From the NCBI GenBank assembly GCA_009914755.4, contig CP086569.2, positions 24,512,001 to 24,576,000 on the forward strand: a DNA stretch of 64,000 nucleotides. The letters run 5' to 3'. Every line of letters begins with the position of its first letter. Position 1 is the first letter of the stretch. Source of the DNA: the human T2T-CHM13v2.0 reference genome, Homo sapiens. This document shows, piece by piece, positions 59,836 through 64,000 of the stretch. The notes beneath the pieces were generated by a model that saw nothing but the letters and a program-made list of their open reading frames with translations, was not told the origin of the DNA and made no database searches. Made by a program: the position numbers and the translations under genes.

Positions 59836-61644
59836 AGGGTACACTTTTAAGCAGAGACACTATTTTGAAGGTCATAAAAAATATAATAAGATATAAGGCT
59901 AATTTCCTTTAATAATAATAATAATAAATTCCTTTAATAAAAATACAAAGGAATAATATAATAATTTTCTTTAATAAAATATAATAAGAGATAAGGCTAA
60001 TTTCCTTTAATAAAATATAGTAACTACATACCAACACAGAATTCCAAAAAAACGAAATGGAGAGGAAGACAGCATGGGTCATTAATCTTGTCAAAAATAT
60101 AAAATTATATACGAGGAATTCCTAGAAACTGTTTTCCTTGTCTGCGGCCATTGTGCTGCTGCTAGACAACTACCGCAAGCAGCCCTTCATGCCCTCCTCC
60201 CAGTACAAAGCTAATTGATTTGTGAGAAATGTTAAGCTTGGAAGAGTCAGCAACGCTGCACTTATTTTTTATTCTACTCTGACATTAGAATAATTCTTGA
60301 GTGGGGGAAGGGTTAAAACCCCCCCTGGATAAGTGTTACTAATTAATGATGATTGTTTTAAACAATGTTTGGATAATTTTTCCTTTTCCCTTGACATAAA
60401 CTTGATAAATAACTGAGAAGTGAGAAGGAGATTAGTGGGTTGATTAAATTCCATCAGGTACTTAAAGTTAGCTCCAAAAATTTAGCTATTTATAAATTGT
60501 CATACATTGTTAATGTATAAGAGATGTAGATTTCATTTATCTTTGGTGGAGCGAGATGAAGCAGTGAATCATTGAAGACTGAAAGAAAGAAAAAGGTCTT
60601 TTCCCTTTTCTTTAAGAAGCATCGTTAGTTAAAAATATGTTAGTTGATACCAGAGAACTATATTTAAAGGGTCAGCAATAAGCAAATTGATTACTCTGGT
60701 GATTATTGGAGTGACATTGCCTTTTAGTTGTACTTTCACAAAAATTCACAATATTTGCCAAAGTCAAGTTATCCATTACACTATTAATTTGTCATTCTTT
60801 TGTTTATATAGTCAATATCTCTATCTCAATTGGATCTATCTCAACTGCTTCTAAACAAGCCACCATAGTCTCTCCCATTTCAACAATCTCTTCCAAGTAC
60901 CATTTCATTTCTTCTTTTCATATTTTTGAAAACTTTTGTAAAACTACCTATTTTCCTCCTCCATTTCTTGTTCATTCCATTCTAGTGGACATGGAATCTG
61001 TTCCTCCTCCAAAACGGAATTTGGTAACCTTTAAATTACTAAACCCAAAACAATATGTTGTTTTTATCTTTACCTCTCTGTGGCATTTAATGATAAGACC
61101 ACTACTTTCTTCTCTTTTACCCTTCTTTCTTGAATTCAGTCAAACAATGTACTTACATTTTTCATCTTATTCTCCATCTTAGAAACCACCTCAGCTTTCT
61201 CCATTCAGCCATAAAATTGTGCTTTTCCTCAAAGATTAATCTGCCTCTCCTTTCACTCTATACTATCTCTGTTAGCTAATTTTATTTGTGCACATTGCTT
61301 ATACTGGGCATTATATACACATATGCATGTGTGTACATGTGCACACACACACTGTATGTGGACATGTATATATATGTGTGTGTGTGTATATATATTATAT
61401 ATATAAATTACAATAACATAAAGGTGGCATTTTAAATTAGTGGAAATTACCCTGATTTGATCACTACACATTCTATACATGTAAAGAAATATCACTCTGT
61501 ATCCCAAGAATATGTACAATTATGGTTTGTCAAGTGAAAAAGTTCATACCTTGAAAAATTTTAGATAAATATCAAACTTTCTCTGAAACCATAACTGTAA
61601 AATGTAAAAAACAGTAATTGCTATATTGCTTATTTCTGAGTAGA

Positions 61645-61785
61645 AGAATATGAGCATTTCCCTAATCATTAGGTGTAATTACAATTACATATATATGTAT
61701 GTTATTTATATATTTATGACATACATACATATATATGTAATTGTAATTACACCTAATGATTAGGGAAATGTCTCATATTCTATAT
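61645..61785. repeat. About 60-bp near-perfect inverted repeat (palindrome) with about 16-bp AT-rich spacer
   Basis: Left arm agaatatgagcatttccctaatcattaggtgtaattacaattacatatatatgtatgt. Right arm acatacatacatatatatgtaattgtaattacacctaatgattagggaaatgtctcatattct is its reverse complement apart from one 1-nt indel (gag-catt vs gagacatt) and one 4-nt acat insertion next to the spacer. Spacer tatttatatatttatg. Confidence 0.9.
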
Positions 61786-62864
61786 ATATAGACAGAAAGA
61801 GAGAAAATACATGAGGTAGAGAAAGAATATTTCCATCTCCTTTGAGTTCCACGGTGTTGAGAGTCAGGACAACTACAATTGCTTCATCATGCCTGCTCGC
61901 AATTATAGGGCTTTTGAACCATTTGTTCCCTCCTTAGATATCCTCATTTTTTTCAGATTCTTGCTTAGAAGTCACTCCTCCGTGGACCTCCTCTGACATA
62001 TTAAACATTGCAGTCCATTATAAGCTGCAAGAGGACAGGGATTTTTGCCTGTTTTATTCCCTACTGTATCACCAGGGGCTACAGCAATATCTGACAAACA
62101 GTGGGCATGTAATGAATATTTGTTAAGTGAAGTAATAAATTCAATCAAATCACATCACCTGTTTAAAGCACTTCATTGGCTTCACATTGCACTTAGAATA
62201 AAGAGAAATTCTTTTTATACAATATAAGTTCCTGCAGAATGGAGACACTTTCTACTTCTCCAGCCTCTTTTCAACTCCTCTCCTACTAGCTTCTGTATTT
62301 AAGCCACATTAGACCTTTCTTCAGTTTTTTATATAGACTTTGTTGCATCACACCTCAGAGATTCTGTACATGTTCTTCCTCCTGCCTAGAAAGGATCGTC
62401 CCTCCACTTTCGCCAACTAATCCCTGCTCAACTTTTCATCTCAGCAGGAGGCCCATTCTCTTTGGCAATACTCTGGCCTCCAGCCCATTTATTACATGCT
62501 CACATGTCATCATGTACTTCGTACAGCATGTAACACAATTGCACTTTTATATTTTAACAAATTATTTTCCCATATTGAACTGTAAGTCTCCTGAAAGGAG
62601 GAATTTTGTTCTTGCTCATCATCAACTTTTTCAACATCCAGTGCACCATTTAGAACTTAGATGTAGTCAATACAGGTTTGTGGAATGAAAGAGGAAAAGA
62701 AAGAATTAATATTCCTTTAAATTAGGATTGCAAAGATCGTATATAGAAAATTGGCTAAGTTGTGGTCCATTCATGTTTGCTCCCAATTAAGGAGCACAGC
62801 TATGAAAAGGAAGGCTTCAAATTAATAACCAATAGATTTTTTAAAAAAGAAAACTGGCCAGGTA

Positions 62865-63150
62865 CTGTGGCTTATGTCTGTAATATCAGCATGTTGGGAG
62901 GCCAAGGCAGGATTACTTGAGCCCAGAAATTCCAGACCAGCCTGAGAATTTGGCAAAACTCTGTCTCTACAAAAAATACAAAAATTAGCCAAATTTGGTG
63001 GCATGTGCCTGTAGTACCAGCTACTTGGGAGGCTAGGTTGAAGAATAGCTTGAGTCTGGGAGGTCAAGGCTGCAATGAGCTGTGATCGCACCACTGCACT
63101 CAAGCCTGGGTGGTAGAGTAAGACCCTGTCTCAAAAAAAAAAAAAAAAAA
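62865..63150 (+). mobile_element. Older Alu (AluJ-like) SINE with an A20 tail
   Basis: ggccaggtactgtggcttatgtctgtaatatcagcatgttgggaggccaaggcaggattacttgagcccagaaattccagaccagcctgagaatttggcaaaactctgtctctacaaaaaatacaaaaattagccaaatttggtggcatgtgcctgtagtaccagctacttgggagg ... A20. Confidence 0.85.
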
Positions 63151-64000
63151 AGAAAAATTACTAAGCAAAATAAGACATGTGAAGGATCATGTCAAAGGTA
63201 AGAAAAATTAGGGGAACATTAAAAGCTTTCTTCCCAAGCCACTAAATCAACTTGACTAACAAAATTACCACTTGATTTAGCATTAGAAAATTACATTACA
63301 TATCAAACATAAACCCATTAATCAAATACTAAAGAAATTTCTGAGTTAAATGGTATAATGTTAGCTTATGCCGGAGCTGACCTTGAAAGATTGTTCAAAT
63401 ATGGCTCAGTGTGATTGAAAGTTCTGTGTGAATATGTTTTTGGAAAGATCCAATAGCAACATCTTAGTGTATGTTTTTGAAATAAAATGTATCTGAGTAG
63501 CAGCAAAGTTATTCTTAAATTTCCATTTTATAGCTGGAGATGTTATACCGTGACATATATGATAGGACCCAATATGGATTAATCCCTTTTAGAAGTCAAT
63601 CAGGAAGAGAGGAGCAGTTAAAACAGTTGCTTCATTTACAAACATTAGAACAATTTTCTTATTCACACCATCTGATTATTGTATTTTATTTTTTCCCCAA
63701 TGTTTATACTACACAATGAGTTAAGAATGATAAAAATAAGCTCACCAATATACTAGGTACATATTTACCAAAATCTGTGCATGCCTATACATATAAACAC
63801 AGCTGATAATTTATTAGTTAGGCTCATTTGTAATTTTTGTCACTATAGACCAGTTTTTTATTTAAATTGAAGATTAGTATACATTTTAAATGATTAGTCA
63901 AAATAAAAAATCTAAAATGTGCTCTAAATACTTCTTAGGTCAGAAAAAAAAAAGTCAAAAGCTAGAATATAGAGAAATTAAGAAATGCCCTAAATTTCTA

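Overview
This 64 kb window reads as primate (human-type) nuclear DNA from a gene-poor, AT-rich intergenic or intronic region. It is not a prokaryotic or accessory-genome locus. I recognised more than 30 Alu SINEs, many with clean target-site duplications (TSDs), A/T tails and intact A/B-box architecture. I also recognised one full-length but coding-dead L1PA-class LINE-1 (50137-56199) with a 16-bp TSD, nested inside an older repeat. There are several older L1/MIR/LTR-type fragments, an ultra-short 118-bp L1 3'-end insertion with a 19-bp TSD, and numerous microsatellites: (TTTC)n, (TG)n, (CA)n, (AAAT)n and a polypurine tract. I found no convincing host protein-coding exon, CpG island, tRNA, rRNA or CRISPR-like array by eye. 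The longest ORFs in the supplied track (366, 206, 133 and 129 aa) are broken pieces of L1 ORF1/ORF2. Most 60-110 aa ORFs are Alu translations. I see no evidence of a novel multi-gene system. The observations worth a second look are structural and are listed under findings: a ~60-bp near-perfect palindrome, tight inverted Alu pairs, young AluY/L1 insertions, an LTR-like promoter module and nested repeat architecture. All coordinates were derived by eye from the 60-nt line numbering and may be off by a few bases.
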